A DNA stretch of 40,349 bases, taken from IMG/VR virus record IMGVR_UViG_3300020043_004132, positions 1 through 40,349 of that record. One strand, 5' to 3'. This stretch comes from a virus (lineage: Duplodnaviria > Caudoviricetes). Of this stretch, positions 7,494 through 16,506 are shown piece by piece. A program made the position numbers and the translations under genes. Positions within the stretch are counted from its first letter, which is position 1; each line of letters begins with the position of its first letter. Under the pieces are notes generated by a model that did not search any database, was not told the DNA's origin, and saw only the letters and a list, made by a program, of their open reading frames with translations.

Positions 7494-7913
7494 TTATTTA
7501 GTTTTCCACAAATTGTAAGAAAATAAAATTGCAAAGTGCGGTTTTTCTGTAAATGGTACGTTCATTTGAAGTGCAAAATTAATTTTTGAAGTACCGAAAT
7601 TTAAGTTTGTGAACAAATAAGGTGTATTTATAAACCAGGAACCACCAATATTTTGAGAAAATCTGTATTTGTCAATCAATATTTTTCTTTGATTTTCAAT
7701 AATATTATTTTGTTCAAATTGTTTTTGCTCAAATAATGCAATTAAATCGTTTTGTTTTTTTACCTGGTCTTTGCAAGCGTCAAATTGAACTAATTCTTTG
7801 ACAATATTTCTTGCGTAATTAATTGGTATTTTTATTATTGTATCGTTTTGACAAAAAGTCTTCGATGTCGTTACGCTGAAAAGTATCAATAAAATCAATT
7901 TTAACTTCTTCAT
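7494..7913 (-). CDS. Signal-peptide coiled-coil lysis accessory protein (outer spanin-like)
   Basis: N-terminal signal peptide, coiled coil and aromatic beta-rich C-terminus; overlaps upstream gene in the lysis cassette. Confidence 0.45.
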   Translation of the reverse strand: MKKLKLILLILFSVTTSKTFCQNDTIIKIPINYARNIVKELVQFDACKDQVKKQNDLIALFEQKQFEQNNIIENQRKILIDKYRFSQNIGGSWFINTPYLFTNLNFGTSKINFALQMNVPFTEKPHFAILFSYNLWKTK

Positions 7914-8184
7914 ATTTTTTAATATTAGATTTTGTCTGAATTATTTCTTTTTCAATTGAATCAATTTTCTTTTCGCTTTGAATGATGTCGTTTTCTTGCG
8001 TTTTGCGACTACTTCTAAATAATAACAATAAAAGTATTACAATGATATAAATAATGTCCCTATATTGAAAAATAATACTTCGATTCGTCTTGACGACGTT
8101 TAACAAGTCCAGATAGAACTTTGCCATTTGCTTTTGTCCATTTTCTAAATTCATTTTCAATTTGTTTGTCGTTTGGATTTGCAT
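7819..8184 (-). CDS. Membrane-anchored coiled-coil protein (inner spanin-like); true start probably downstream of 8184
   Basis: TM segment IIYIIVILLLLLF followed by a coiled coil; downstream of endolysin. Confidence 0.5.
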   Translation of the reverse strand: MQIQTTNKLKMNLENGQKQMAKFYLDLLNVVKTNRSIIFQYRDIIYIIVILLLLLFRSSRKTQENDIIQSEKKIDSIEKEIIQTKSNIKKYEEVKIDFIDTFQRNDIEDFLSKRYNNKNTN

Positions 8185-8509
8185 TTACTATTTTTAATAA
8201 TGTCGATTTTTTAAAGTTTGCAACACCTACATTGTAAGCAAATGAAACCAACGCATTGAATTGTCTTTGATTGACTTCAGAAACAACGCTTTGTGATACA
8301 GATTTTGCGAATCGGTCCGCAATTTCTTTGAACATTTCGAATGCACGTTCTTTTGTAATTGGTTCGTCTAATAATGTAACACGTTTTCCGTCTTCGTAGT
8401 AAGTGTTTCCGTAACCAATTGTTGGAACTTTCGCTGGACACAAATAAGGTTTTAAAACCAGTCCTTCGTGTTTTGTTATAAGTTTATACCCTTCGTCATT
8501 CAATTTCAT
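8060..8509 (-). CDS. Endolysin, GH24 lysozyme
   Basis: HEG...YLCPAKVPTIGYG, QFNALVSFAYNVG, GLVKRRQDE. Confidence 0.95.
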   Translation of the reverse strand: MKLNDEGYKLITKHEGLVLKPYLCPAKVPTIGYGNTYYEDGKRVTLLDEPITKERAFEMFKEIADRFAKSVSQSVVSEVNQRQFNALVSFAYNVGVANFKKSTLLKIVNANPNDKQIENEFRKWTKANGKVLSGLVKRRQDESKYYFSI

Positions 8510-8915
8510 TCTTTATGTATTTAGCACGTTGAATTGTGGTTTTTAAAAGTTTCCAAATATTTACATTGAATGCAACTTCAAAATTTTCTTTTATTGAAGT
8601 CATTTCAATAAATATCAAAATTATTGCAACTACTTTTGTAAAAAAATTATCTATTTCAAACCATATCTTGAAGAACTCGCCAAGCAAAAATTTGTCCATT
8701 GCAAACAATAGTAAAATTGCCATTTCATAAAGAACAAATTTTGACACAATATTTGACATTCGTCTTGACGTGATTTCTTCTTTTATTCTAATTGCTTTGA
8801 AAATACCAAATATCGTGTCAAGTGCAATTGCAACACCGACCGCAATCAAAAGTCCTTTTATTGGTGCAAAAAAAAGACAAAAAGAAACAAGTATATAATT
8901 TAAAATTGATTTCAT
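8496..8915 (-). CDS. Holin (phage holin family 4-like)
   Basis: Several TM helices, DTIFGI...ITSRRM and EMTSIKEN motifs; upstream of lysozyme. Confidence 0.85.
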   Translation of the reverse strand: MKSILNYILVSFCLFFAPIKGLLIAVGVAIALDTIFGIFKAIRIKEEITSRRMSNIVSKFVLYEMAILLLFAMDKFLLGEFFKIWFEIDNFFTKVVAIILIFIEMTSIKENFEVAFNVNIWKLLKTTIQRAKYIKNEIE

Positions 8916-9550
8916 TATTCTACAAAATCAATATTAACTTTCTTTAAATAACAATTGAATGGTATATCAACAGAAACCAAATCAAAATATACATTATTTT
9001 GAGAAATATTGTCAATAATTCCACAAATTGGAACTAAACTCACATCAATTTTTGGTGGGTGTCTATCGTTAGAATGTTTATAATTTCCATTAATAATAAG
9101 CGAATGGTATCCGCCAGCATTTTTATAATATGTTACATCAATATCCAAATACCAATCAACCCAATATCCGCCAGGGTGATTATAAACTTCGTGTCCATTT
9201 CCGTAATTTGGTGTAACTACATCAATATTGGTATAACTATCATCAAGCAATTTAAAACCTATTTGAAAATTTTGCCCATCTAAAGAAATAGCCCCTTGCG
9301 CAGTTATACGAAAAGAATTAAAATCGTTTAATTTACTTAAATCAAATTTATTTGTGCCTTTGTAATTAGATGCCAAAGTTTGTGTAAATTCTTGTATATA
9401 ATTTGCACCAGTACCTATTGAAATAGTTGTGTCTGCATCTGGTGCTGAATTTAAAACACTCGCTTTAAAAACTCGGCACATTTCCCAACCCTTAACTTTT
9501 TCAGTTTCGATTGTATTTCTGTCATATACATTTATTGTTGTTTGTGGCAT
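8915..9550 (-). CDS. Putative virion fibre-associated beta-rich protein
   Basis: 211 aa, aromatic beta-rich, translationally coupled to the fibre gene. Confidence 0.5.
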   Translation of the reverse strand: MPQTTINVYDRNTIETEKVKGWEMCRVFKASVLNSAPDADTTISIGTGANYIQEFTQTLASNYKGTNKFDLSKLNDFNSFRITAQGAISLDGQNFQIGFKLLDDSYTNIDVVTPNYGNGHEVYNHPGGYWVDWYLDIDVTYYKNAGGYHSLIINGNYKHSNDRHPPKIDVSLVPICGIIDNISQNNVYFDLVSVDIPFNCYLKKVNIDFVE

Positions 9551-9552
9551 AA

Positions 9553-10536
9553 TTATAAAATATTTGCATTAATATTAAGGTAAAAATTATTTGTTGATTG
9601 GTTATCTGCTTTTATTTCAAATTGTGTAGAATTAAAACCAAATACAATATTGAATAGTAAAAAATCTGCGTCATCAAATACGTTTGTATTTGTGTTAATC
9701 ATTCTATATTTATAAGTTTCATTTGCCCAATCAATTGTAACAAATCCATTTATAGTATAGTATTTTGAAGCGGTTAAATTTTTTGCAACAATAGTGAAAT
9801 AAATTGAAGTATGTGCCTGGCTAACACTTAAAATTATATTTGAAACACTACTTTCAGAGAAAATATTTCTTTTTGAATAAAAACCAGTTTCAAAAGCACC
9901 CTGATTAGTATCATAAACCCCGATACTTGTTTCATCACTTGCTGAAGCATAACTATTTCCATTAGGTAAATTTTCAGAACCTAAAAAAGAAGAATTATTT
10001 TCTCCGTAAATTGGTATTGTTCCGTTAAAATAAATTGGATTTGTAGTTGAATTTCCTTCATCTGTAACTTCTTGCAAAGTTGGTGTCGTTCCACCAACAA
10101 CCAAATCGCCACTTCCTAAAATAGTATTTCCGTTTATAGTTTTGATATTCGTACCACTCACCAAAGTTGGTTGAACTGAAACGTTACCACTACCCAATAA
10201 AGACGTTGAATTTATAGTTTTGATATTCGTACCCGAAACAAGTGTGTCTTGTTTGGCATTCAAAGCGGTTTGCGTCGCACTTGAAATTGGTTTGTTTACG
10301 TCTGAAGTATTATCAACGTTTCCAAGTCCAACATCTGATTTCGTTAAATCAATATTGCCAGAACCAAGCAAAGATTGTCCTTCTAATGTTTTGATATTCG
10401 TACCAGAAACAAGTGTGTCTTGTTTTGTCGTGTCTAAATCGTCAAAATTATCATTACATTTTATGAATGCACTTCTTAACGGATCACCATTTCCGTCATT
10501 TGCGGTTGCACCTACATTTATATTTTGAATTGCCAT
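9553..10536 (-). CDS. Fibre protein with T4 gp9/gp10-like N-terminus and internal repeats
   Basis: MAIQNINVGATANDGNGDPLRSAFIKCNDNF; three TLVSGTNIKT..(L/I)LGSG repeats; TKSDVGLGNVDNTSDVNKPIS motif. Confidence 0.8.
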   Translation of the reverse strand: MAIQNINVGATANDGNGDPLRSAFIKCNDNFDDLDTTKQDTLVSGTNIKTLEGQSLLGSGNIDLTKSDVGLGNVDNTSDVNKPISSATQTALNAKQDTLVSGTNIKTINSTSLLGSGNVSVQPTLVSGTNIKTINGNTILGSGDLVVGGTTPTLQEVTDEGNSTTNPIYFNGTIPIYGENNSSFLGSENLPNGNSYASASDETSIGVYDTNQGAFETGFYSKRNIFSESSVSNIILSVSQAHTSIYFTIVAKNLTASKYYTINGFVTIDWANETYKYRMINTNTNVFDDADFLLFNIVFGFNSTQFEIKADNQSTNNFYLNINANIL

Positions 10537-10667
10537 AAATCTGTTGTTATATTTGTGTTGTCTGTTGTTATTTTAGTAGTTGATGAATCAATTATGTCTG
10601 AAACTTTTTCTTTTATTATTTTTATTGTGTCAAAAATTGACATTGAAATTTTAAAAAATATATCCAT
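10518..10667 (-). CDS. Small 49-aa protein with T-x-D heptads (not in ORF track)
   Basis: MDIFFKISMSIFDTIKIIKEKVSDIIDSSTTKITTDNTNITTDLWQFKI; TAATG coupling to the upstream gene. Confidence 0.6.
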   Translation of the reverse strand: MDIFFKISMSIFDTIKIIKEKVSDIIDSSTTKITTDNTNITTDLWQFKI

Positions 10668-10936
10668 TAACTAACTTTTACGAAAATTGGTTCATTTTCT
10701 GTTAATTGACTTTCAAATTTTACATAAATTTTTGAACTACCCACGTAAATATTGAAAACATTTTCTTTTAAATCTACACTTTTAAACATTACAAAATTTT
10801 GATTATCTACACTAATGTAAAAATTCAATCTTTGTTTGTAATCAATCAATCCGTTGCAAGTTATTGTATGAAGTCCTTCAACGTTTATTGTCGATGAAGT
10901 TGTTTCTGTCGTTACTCCGTTTAATAATGTTTGCAT
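10667..10936 (-). CDS. Small beta-rich structural protein
   Basis: 89 aa ORF in the late operon. Confidence 0.6.
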   Translation of the reverse strand: MQTLLNGVTTETTSSTINVEGLHTITCNGLIDYKQRLNFYISVDNQNFVMFKSVDLKENVFNIYVGSSKIYVKFESQLTENEPIFVKVS

Positions 10937-10997
10937 TTTTTAAAAATAGTTTAATTTTTTTGATATTTTCTTCAGTTCTTTTATCCACTTTTCGCAT
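10878..10997 (-). CDS. Small basic protein, 39 aa (not in ORF track)
   Basis: MRKVDKRTEENIKKIKLFLKNANII...; starts 1 nt after the adaptor stop. Confidence 0.45.
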   Translation of the reverse strand: MRKVDKRTEENIKKIKLFLKNANIIKRSNDRNNFIDNKR

Positions 10998-10998
10998 A

Positions 10999-11505
10999 TT
11001 AATACGGGTTTTGTAAGTACCATTTTCCACAAACTAACTTTGATTTTATTGGATTCACAATATTGTTTGAATTTGAAACATATTCTGGCAAATGATTTTT
11101 ACAAAGCCAACGTTCCAAACGTGATTCGTAAACTTCCATCTTCATTCTTTGTTGGTTTACAAGATAATCAATTTCAGTTTTTTCAATTGACGTTGAATCC
11201 GCTGGATTGTGCTTTGTGATTCCGCCATTATTGATTTGATATGCACCAAAAAGCAAATATTCCATTGCCGATCCGTGAATGATATAAGGAACTAAATAAT
11301 TTTCGTATAAAATCAAATAGTCATCAACCAAATCGTCGTTGTCAAAGTCTTCGCAAATTTTATTGTATAACGTTTCGCCCAAAACTTCTTCAACTCTAAT
11401 ACGTTGAAAGTCTGCAATTGCAAGAACGTATTTGTCCACGTCAATATTACCGCCCAAAGGCGTGTTTTTTGTAAGTTGATTTTCTTTTAAAAGTATTGTT
11501 GTCAT
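10999..11505 (-). CDS. Putative head-tail adaptor protein
   Basis: 168 aa helical protein directly after the portal; LGETLYNKI motif. Confidence 0.65.
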   Translation of the reverse strand: MTTILLKENQLTKNTPLGGNIDVDKYVLAIADFQRIRVEEVLGETLYNKICEDFDNDDLVDDYLILYENYLVPYIIHGSAMEYLLFGAYQINNGGITKHNPADSTSIEKTEIDYLVNQQRMKMEVYESRLERWLCKNHLPEYVSNSNNIVNPIKSKLVCGKWYLQNPY

Positions 11506-11506
11506 C

Positions 11507-13438
11507 TTATTTTCTATAATTTGGATCTAAACTCCAGTAATTGTTTGACGATTCAGCAACTTGCGCCACTTCAATTGGATTTGTTTCAATTCTTGCACCA
11601 GCACGCTCACTTGGTTCTAATTCGTTTATAATTCTTTGCGCTTCATTTACTGAAATTGATTTGTTGTTTCTTTTCAAATAAATTTTTCGCATCCAAAAAT
11701 GTGAGCAATTGACACCACCTTTGTATAAAAACAAATTGTAAGTGTCTGCGCCATTTGGTCCAAAACCTGGATTGATTGCTGGATTTTGACTTGCAAATAA
11801 AACGTCTTCTTTTCTATAAACTTTTGAAGCGTTTACCATTTTACGACAAAATTCACGTGAATTTGCACCAGCATTCAAAGGCGCATATTGATAACGAATT
11901 TTAAACAAGTCATTATCTTGTTCGCTTGTTACATTTGGAAACGATGTCGGAACACTTGCCAATTTTAAAGTCAATTCTGTAATTGCTGGAACGTTTTCTT
12001 GTTTGCGTTCGTCAATTACTTCGAAATTTTCCAAGTCTTCGTCTTCGCCAAGTTCAATCAAACTTTCAGCGATTTGATTTAAAATAATTTCTTCGTCTTC
12101 GTTTATTTTATCTTTTGAACAACAAATTTGTTGTGATAATTGTGTAATTGGTGCAACTTGATTTGTGAACATTGATTGCGCAACTTCCGCTGGTAATGAT
12201 AAAAATTGAACCAAGAAAACAATTGCTTGTTCTTGTGTCAAAATTCCTTCTTTTACTTTTGCAATAATGTCAATTGCACTTGATATTTGTGTTTCATTAT
12301 ATGAAAGATTTGTTTCAATAACTTCGGATTGAACATTGTCTTGTGAAACAATGTCAGATGCTCGAAGTGATATAAATGACAAATCAATTGCGATTTTTTG
12401 ACTTGCGAAAATTTCCATTAAACCATCAAGAATAATTTCTTGTTTTGGTTTTATAACGTTTATCATTAATTCATTGAACGCAACTTCTAATTCGTCAGCA
12501 TTTGAAGAAAATCCACTTGATGCACCAACACCAACAATCAAACCAGAAGTCAATTTGTGTGATGTCATAATTTGCTGACGTGATTCAGCACTTAAAAACT
12601 GGTATTGTTGATGCGCATCGCTAACTTCAAGTGGTGTGATTGTAATTTCAGAATCTTTGTTGTCGTTCCAATTCAAAAAGAATTTTCCAGCATTACCAGA
12701 ACCAGTCAAATGATTTTTGATTTGTGCGGTGTTTTGCATTATTTCTTCCTCAGACAATTGAACACCCGTATTCATATTGATAACGTGTCCAAATGACAAT
12801 CCGTTTTGAATGTGATTTATACAATAGTTTGCAATTTCAGATTCCATCATTGAATATGGAAGTCCAGAAATATAACTTGGATTTTTATAATAAAATTGTC
12901 CGACCTGGTAATCTGAAATAATAAAAATTTCACTTCGTTCACCTCGTGTTGGTTCGCCATATCCAAAAGCGTCAAAACGTTCTGGTCTGTATTTGTTTAC
13001 ATTTCTAAAATCATACGAAAAATAATATCCGCTTATTTCCCCGTTTTCGTCTGCAATTTCTGGCGCAATACATTGTTTTGCAATATGATAAATTTTTTGC
13101 AATTTATTGTCAAGATATTTCAATTCCAAAGACGCTTCACCAAACATTTCAAAATCTTTACAAACTTTTCGCAAATCTGATTTTGAAAGCATAGACATAA
13201 CAGACGCCCACGCACTCGCTTTTGAAACTTTGTCTTTTGATGTCAATCCTTTTCCGTAAATAAATTGCGAATAAGAATCAATAATCGCTGAATTTGTTGG
13301 CGATCCGTTGTAAGCGTCAATAATATCGTAATAAAATTGATTTTTATCACCATTTAAAACCCACTTTTTGCCAGAAACTTCTTTGATTTCTGGTCTTGTG
13401 TAATTCGATAATTGAAATATTTGTAAATTGTTATCCAT
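11507..13438 (-). CDS. Portal protein with C-terminal Cys/His-containing extension
   Basis: SPTNSAII, GSGNAGKFFLNW, QIMTSHKLTS and VIKPKQEII portal motifs; C-terminal SREFC...GGVNCSHFW. Confidence 0.85.
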   Translation of the reverse strand: MDNNLQIFQLSNYTRPEIKEVSGKKWVLNGDKNQFYYDIIDAYNGSPTNSAIIDSYSQFIYGKGLTSKDKVSKASAWASVMSMLSKSDLRKVCKDFEMFGEASLELKYLDNKLQKIYHIAKQCIAPEIADENGEISGYYFSYDFRNVNKYRPERFDAFGYGEPTRGERSEIFIISDYQVGQFYYKNPSYISGLPYSMMESEIANYCINHIQNGLSFGHVINMNTGVQLSEEEIMQNTAQIKNHLTGSGNAGKFFLNWNDNKDSEITITPLEVSDAHQQYQFLSAESRQQIMTSHKLTSGLIVGVGASSGFSSNADELEVAFNELMINVIKPKQEIILDGLMEIFASQKIAIDLSFISLRASDIVSQDNVQSEVIETNLSYNETQISSAIDIIAKVKEGILTQEQAIVFLVQFLSLPAEVAQSMFTNQVAPITQLSQQICCSKDKINEDEEIILNQIAESLIELGEDEDLENFEVIDERKQENVPAITELTLKLASVPTSFPNVTSEQDNDLFKIRYQYAPLNAGANSREFCRKMVNASKVYRKEDVLFASQNPAINPGFGPNGADTYNLFLYKGGVNCSHFWMRKIYLKRNNKSISVNEAQRIINELEPSERAGARIETNPIEVAQVAESSNNYWSLDPNYRK

Positions 13439-13439
13439 T

Positions 13440-13748
13440 TTATACTTTTAAAGCGCCTTTTGTTAGTTTGTAATTTTCCAAATCTGTTTGCGATGTTGCA
13501 TAAGATTTGCCACGATACAACAATTCATTTGAAATTGAATCAAATATTTGTATTTCCGAACTTTCGCCTTCAACAAATACCTTTTCAAATTCTAAAACCA
13601 TATAAGAATTGTACTGAAGTGCTGGAATTTCGAATGTTTCTGTTGTATCTTTTAATTCATTGCGTAATTTTAGCAATACAACTTCCGAATGATTTCTCGG
13701 AATGCAACGCAAAGAATGAATTTCGTCTGTCGGATTGAATACTACCAT
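13440..13748 (-). CDS. Putative head-closure/structural protein (start reassigned to ATG 13748)
   Basis: MVVFNPTDEIHSLRCIPR...LLYRGK; the ORF-track start at 13793 lies inside a terminator. Confidence 0.6.
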   Translation of the reverse strand: MVVFNPTDEIHSLRCIPRNHSEVVLLKLRNELKDTTETFEIPALQYNSYMVLEFEKVFVEGESSEIQIFDSISNELLYRGKSYATSQTDLENYKLTKGALKV

Positions 13749-13777
13749 ATTAAAAGAACAAATTTTTATTTGTTTGT
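13749..13777 (-). promoter_or_regulatory. Candidate late promoter ACAA-N12-TTGTT-N8-ATG
   Basis: Same spacing as 16468-16496 and 23854-23882. Confidence 0.6.
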
Positions 13778-13780
13778 AAC

Positions 13781-13818
13781 AAAAAAAACGCACTACAAAT
13801 AAATGTAATGCGTTTTTT
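13781..13818. terminator. Bidirectional intrinsic terminator after major tail gene
   Basis: AAAAAAAACGCACTACA-AATAAA-TGTAATGCGTTTTTT. Confidence 0.8.
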
Positions 13819-13838
13819 CAACAATTAAAATCCGATTT

Positions 13839-14369
13839 TTATGAAACCACCACGTCAGATACTAATAATTTTAAAGCGGTTTTCATTGCTGAATCCAAGA
13901 AAGGTGAATTGTCTTTTTCTTCAGCATTGATTGCAAGTGTAAATCCAGACAAGTCGCCAGAGGCTCCGCCCGTTACCTTTGTCATATTAGACATAGTACC
14001 ATTGTAAGCACCTACAAGAACAATGTTTCCGTTGTAGTCTTCAACAAAAACGCTTGGTCTTCCAGCACAAATCAATTGTGCTTGTGCTTGTAAATCTGCC
14101 GATAATTTTGGCAATGTAATCGCTAATGCTTGAGCAACAAAGAATGTTCCGTTGTCTTCAGATGAAGTTCCAGTTTCAGTCAATGTGTTTGTTGTTGCTT
14201 TTACTTCGTATTTGAAAACTTCGTCTAAAGTTCCCAATGAAGTCAATTGATGCGCAGTGATTACGAATGCGAAATCGTCAGCAGTTCCATTTGCGAAATA
14301 AATAGATTTGATTCCGCCTTTTTGGTCTTTACAATTAAGTAATTTCCCTTTTGAAACTAAACAAGACAT
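13839..14369 (-). CDS. Putative major tail (tube) protein
   Basis: 176 aa; CKDQKGGIKSIYF...TGGASGDLSGFTLAI; follows the major capsid gene. Confidence 0.65.
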   Translation of the reverse strand: MSCLVSKGKLLNCKDQKGGIKSIYFANGTADDFAFVITAHQLTSLGTLDEVFKYEVKATTNTLTETGTSSEDNGTFFVAQALAITLPKLSADLQAQAQLICAGRPSVFVEDYNGNIVLVGAYNGTMSNMTKVTGGASGDLSGFTLAINAEEKDNSPFLDSAMKTALKLLVSDVVVS

Positions 14370-14396
14370 ATTTTTTTTTTTTAAAATTAGTTAATT

Positions 14397-14422
14397 AACC
14401 GACACTTTTTCAAATGTCGGTT
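14397..14422. terminator. Hairpin/attenuator after major capsid gene
   Basis: AACCGACA-N10-TGTCGGTT; weak U-tract on the coding strand. Confidence 0.5.
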
Positions 14423-14437
14423 TTTATTTTTTGTGAA

Positions 14438-15367
14438 TTATGCTTCGTAAGTTAGCCAAACGATTTCACTTGGATTGTAATATCCAACACCCGCTGAATA
14501 AACAACTTTTCCACGTACTTTTCCAGTTAATAATCCGATTGAATCTTCATCAACTAATGTGAAAGTATTGTAGTCAGCAAGTAAACCAGTACCGAAAACA
14601 AGATTTTTTCTTTCGAAAACAGCCACCGTGTTGTCTGGTAATCCGTTCACAACCTCGATTGCATAACGACCAATTGATAAAGCGAAATCTGTATTTCCTA
14701 ATCCGTTAGTTACACCCGCAGTTGCTAATTTGAAAGCATACATTTGCGCAACGTCTGGTGAAACCGCAACAACTAATTCTTTACGTCTTAAAGCGTAAGG
14801 AACCGCATTCAATGCTGGTTTTAAATAAGCATCTAAAACGTTTGATTCAGATACAACCGCACTTGGATTTGTCAATCCGTTTCCGCCTTTGATAATGTCT
14901 GCGTCAGCAGTCCATAAAGTGATGAATCCGTCAAATTCGTCAGCGTTTGCGTCAGAACCTTGCCAAATGTCTGTTTCTAATTTCTCAGCCATTGCGCCTA
15001 AAACTTCCATTTGTAATGCCTCCATTATGTCAGCTGGTGCGTTTGGATTTGATGCACTTGCACCCATAATTCCGTCAGACCAAGTTGCTCGGAAATCTTC
15101 CTTGCAAACGTCTAAATCGTTTTTGAATTTTTTAGGTTCTAAAGTGTTTTCGTTTAAAACCATTGCACCCGCTGGTGTGAATCCGCAAGAATATGCAGTT
15201 GTTCCGTTTGTGTACTGAATTTTTCTTAATGATAATTTGAAGTTTACGTCTTCAGCAATTGTTACAATTCCTTTTGAAATAGTGTCAATTTCTTTGAATG
15301 CTTGACCGATGATTGCACCAGCCGCTTTTCCGTTGTAATTTGATGTTACTGTTGTAGTTGTAGCCAT
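14438..15367 (-). CDS. Major capsid protein (core siphovirus)
   Basis: 309 aa downstream of protease/scaffold; IWQG...EFDGF and NLVFGTGLLAD motifs. Confidence 0.85.
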   Translation of the reverse strand: MATTTTVTSNYNGKAAGAIIGQAFKEIDTISKGIVTIAEDVNFKLSLRKIQYTNGTTAYSCGFTPAGAMVLNENTLEPKKFKNDLDVCKEDFRATWSDGIMGASASNPNAPADIMEALQMEVLGAMAEKLETDIWQGSDANADEFDGFITLWTADADIIKGGNGLTNPSAVVSESNVLDAYLKPALNAVPYALRRKELVVAVSPDVAQMYAFKLATAGVTNGLGNTDFALSIGRYAIEVVNGLPDNTVAVFERKNLVFGTGLLADYNTFTLVDEDSIGLLTGKVRGKVVYSAGVGYYNPSEIVWLTYEA

Positions 15368-15369
15368 TT

Positions 15370-16467
15370 TTAGTTATTTAAGTTTTTTACGTTTTTTAAA
15401 ATTCTTTGTTTTTTTGTTAAATTCACTTCAACAACTTGTGTTGTTTCTGGTGTGAATTTTACTGAAGGTGTTACTTCTTTTGAAAGTTTTAATTCCTCAA
15501 TTTGTTTTGAAAAATCACCTTTGATTGTTTCAATTTCAGTTGCAACTTGTTTTGAAAATTGCATCATCATTTCTTTGATTAAGTTTGTCAAAGTTTCTGT
15601 TGCGTCGTCAGACATTGCAACTTCTTCTTCAACAACAACTTCTTCAGTTGCAACTTCTTCTTCTTTTACTTTGATTTCAGCAATGATGCCTTCTTCAACA
15701 ATTACAAGAATTGTGTTGTCTTCAAGTTCGTGTTCACCAATTGGCGCTGGAATTAAATCCCCATTTTCTGCAACGATAAAAACCGCTTGTCCTGGTTCAA
15801 AAGATTCTGCCTCTAAAATTGTAACACCATCAATCAACTTTATTTGTGCCATTTTGATTTCGACATTTTCAGTCTTATTCAAAATTGCATCAAATCCAGA
15901 TTTGATTGCATTTGTAATTTGTTCAGTTAAATTCATATTTGTTTGTGTTAAATTGATTTTTTCCAAATCGAACATTCCATCAATTGAAAATCCTTTCACT
16001 TGTCCAGTCTTTACGTAATTTGTCCAAATGTCTTCGTTATCAACTTTCATAGTTGCATACCAAGTGCCAACTGGTTCGTTCATTCCGTATTGAACTGACT
16101 TGTCGTGAACGTCGTCTTCTTTGATCCAAGATTCAACAAAAGTAACACCTTCAATTTCTTTGTCGTGTTCTAATGATGAATTTTGTTGATACGACATTTT
16201 GAAAAAGTTTTCCATCGATTTGCGAATCGTTTCTTTTGAAAACTTTATAAAAAATTCGTGTCCATTTTGATTTCTGTAAATTTCCAAATCTGGAACTAAT
16301 ACCGCACCAAGTAAAAGTCTTTTTTCTGAATCAATAGTTGATAATGAAATTTTCTTTTGTTTATTTAATGCAATGAATTGTGCGTCTGTGGCTGGTGTTT
16401 CTACTAATGAAATCCCAAAAACTCCGTCTGTCTGTCCTTCGTTGAAAATTACTTCGAATGTTTCCAT
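15370..16467 (-). CDS. XkdF-like prohead serine protease fused to scaffold
   Basis: LLGAVLVPD, LEHD, VESWI, GTWYATMKV and VKGFSIDG motifs, then an acidic scaffold-like half. Confidence 0.85.
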   Translation of the reverse strand: METFEVIFNEGQTDGVFGISLVETPATDAQFIALNKQKKISLSTIDSEKRLLLGAVLVPDLEIYRNQNGHEFFIKFSKETIRKSMENFFKMSYQQNSSLEHDKEIEGVTFVESWIKEDDVHDKSVQYGMNEPVGTWYATMKVDNEDIWTNYVKTGQVKGFSIDGMFDLEKINLTQTNMNLTEQITNAIKSGFDAILNKTENVEIKMAQIKLIDGVTILEAESFEPGQAVFIVAENGDLIPAPIGEHELEDNTILVIVEEGIIAEIKVKEEEVATEEVVVEEEVAMSDDATETLTNLIKEMMMQFSKQVATEIETIKGDFSKQIEELKLSKEVTPSVKFTPETTQVVEVNLTKKQRILKNVKNLNN

Positions 16468-16496
16468 ATAATAATAATTAAAATTTGTTATTTTGT
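16468..16496 (-). promoter_or_regulatory. Candidate late promoter ACAA-N12-TAATT-N8-ATG
   Basis: ACAA exactly 25 nt upstream of the ATG. Confidence 0.5.
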
Positions 16497-16506
16497 TATA
16501 AACTTT

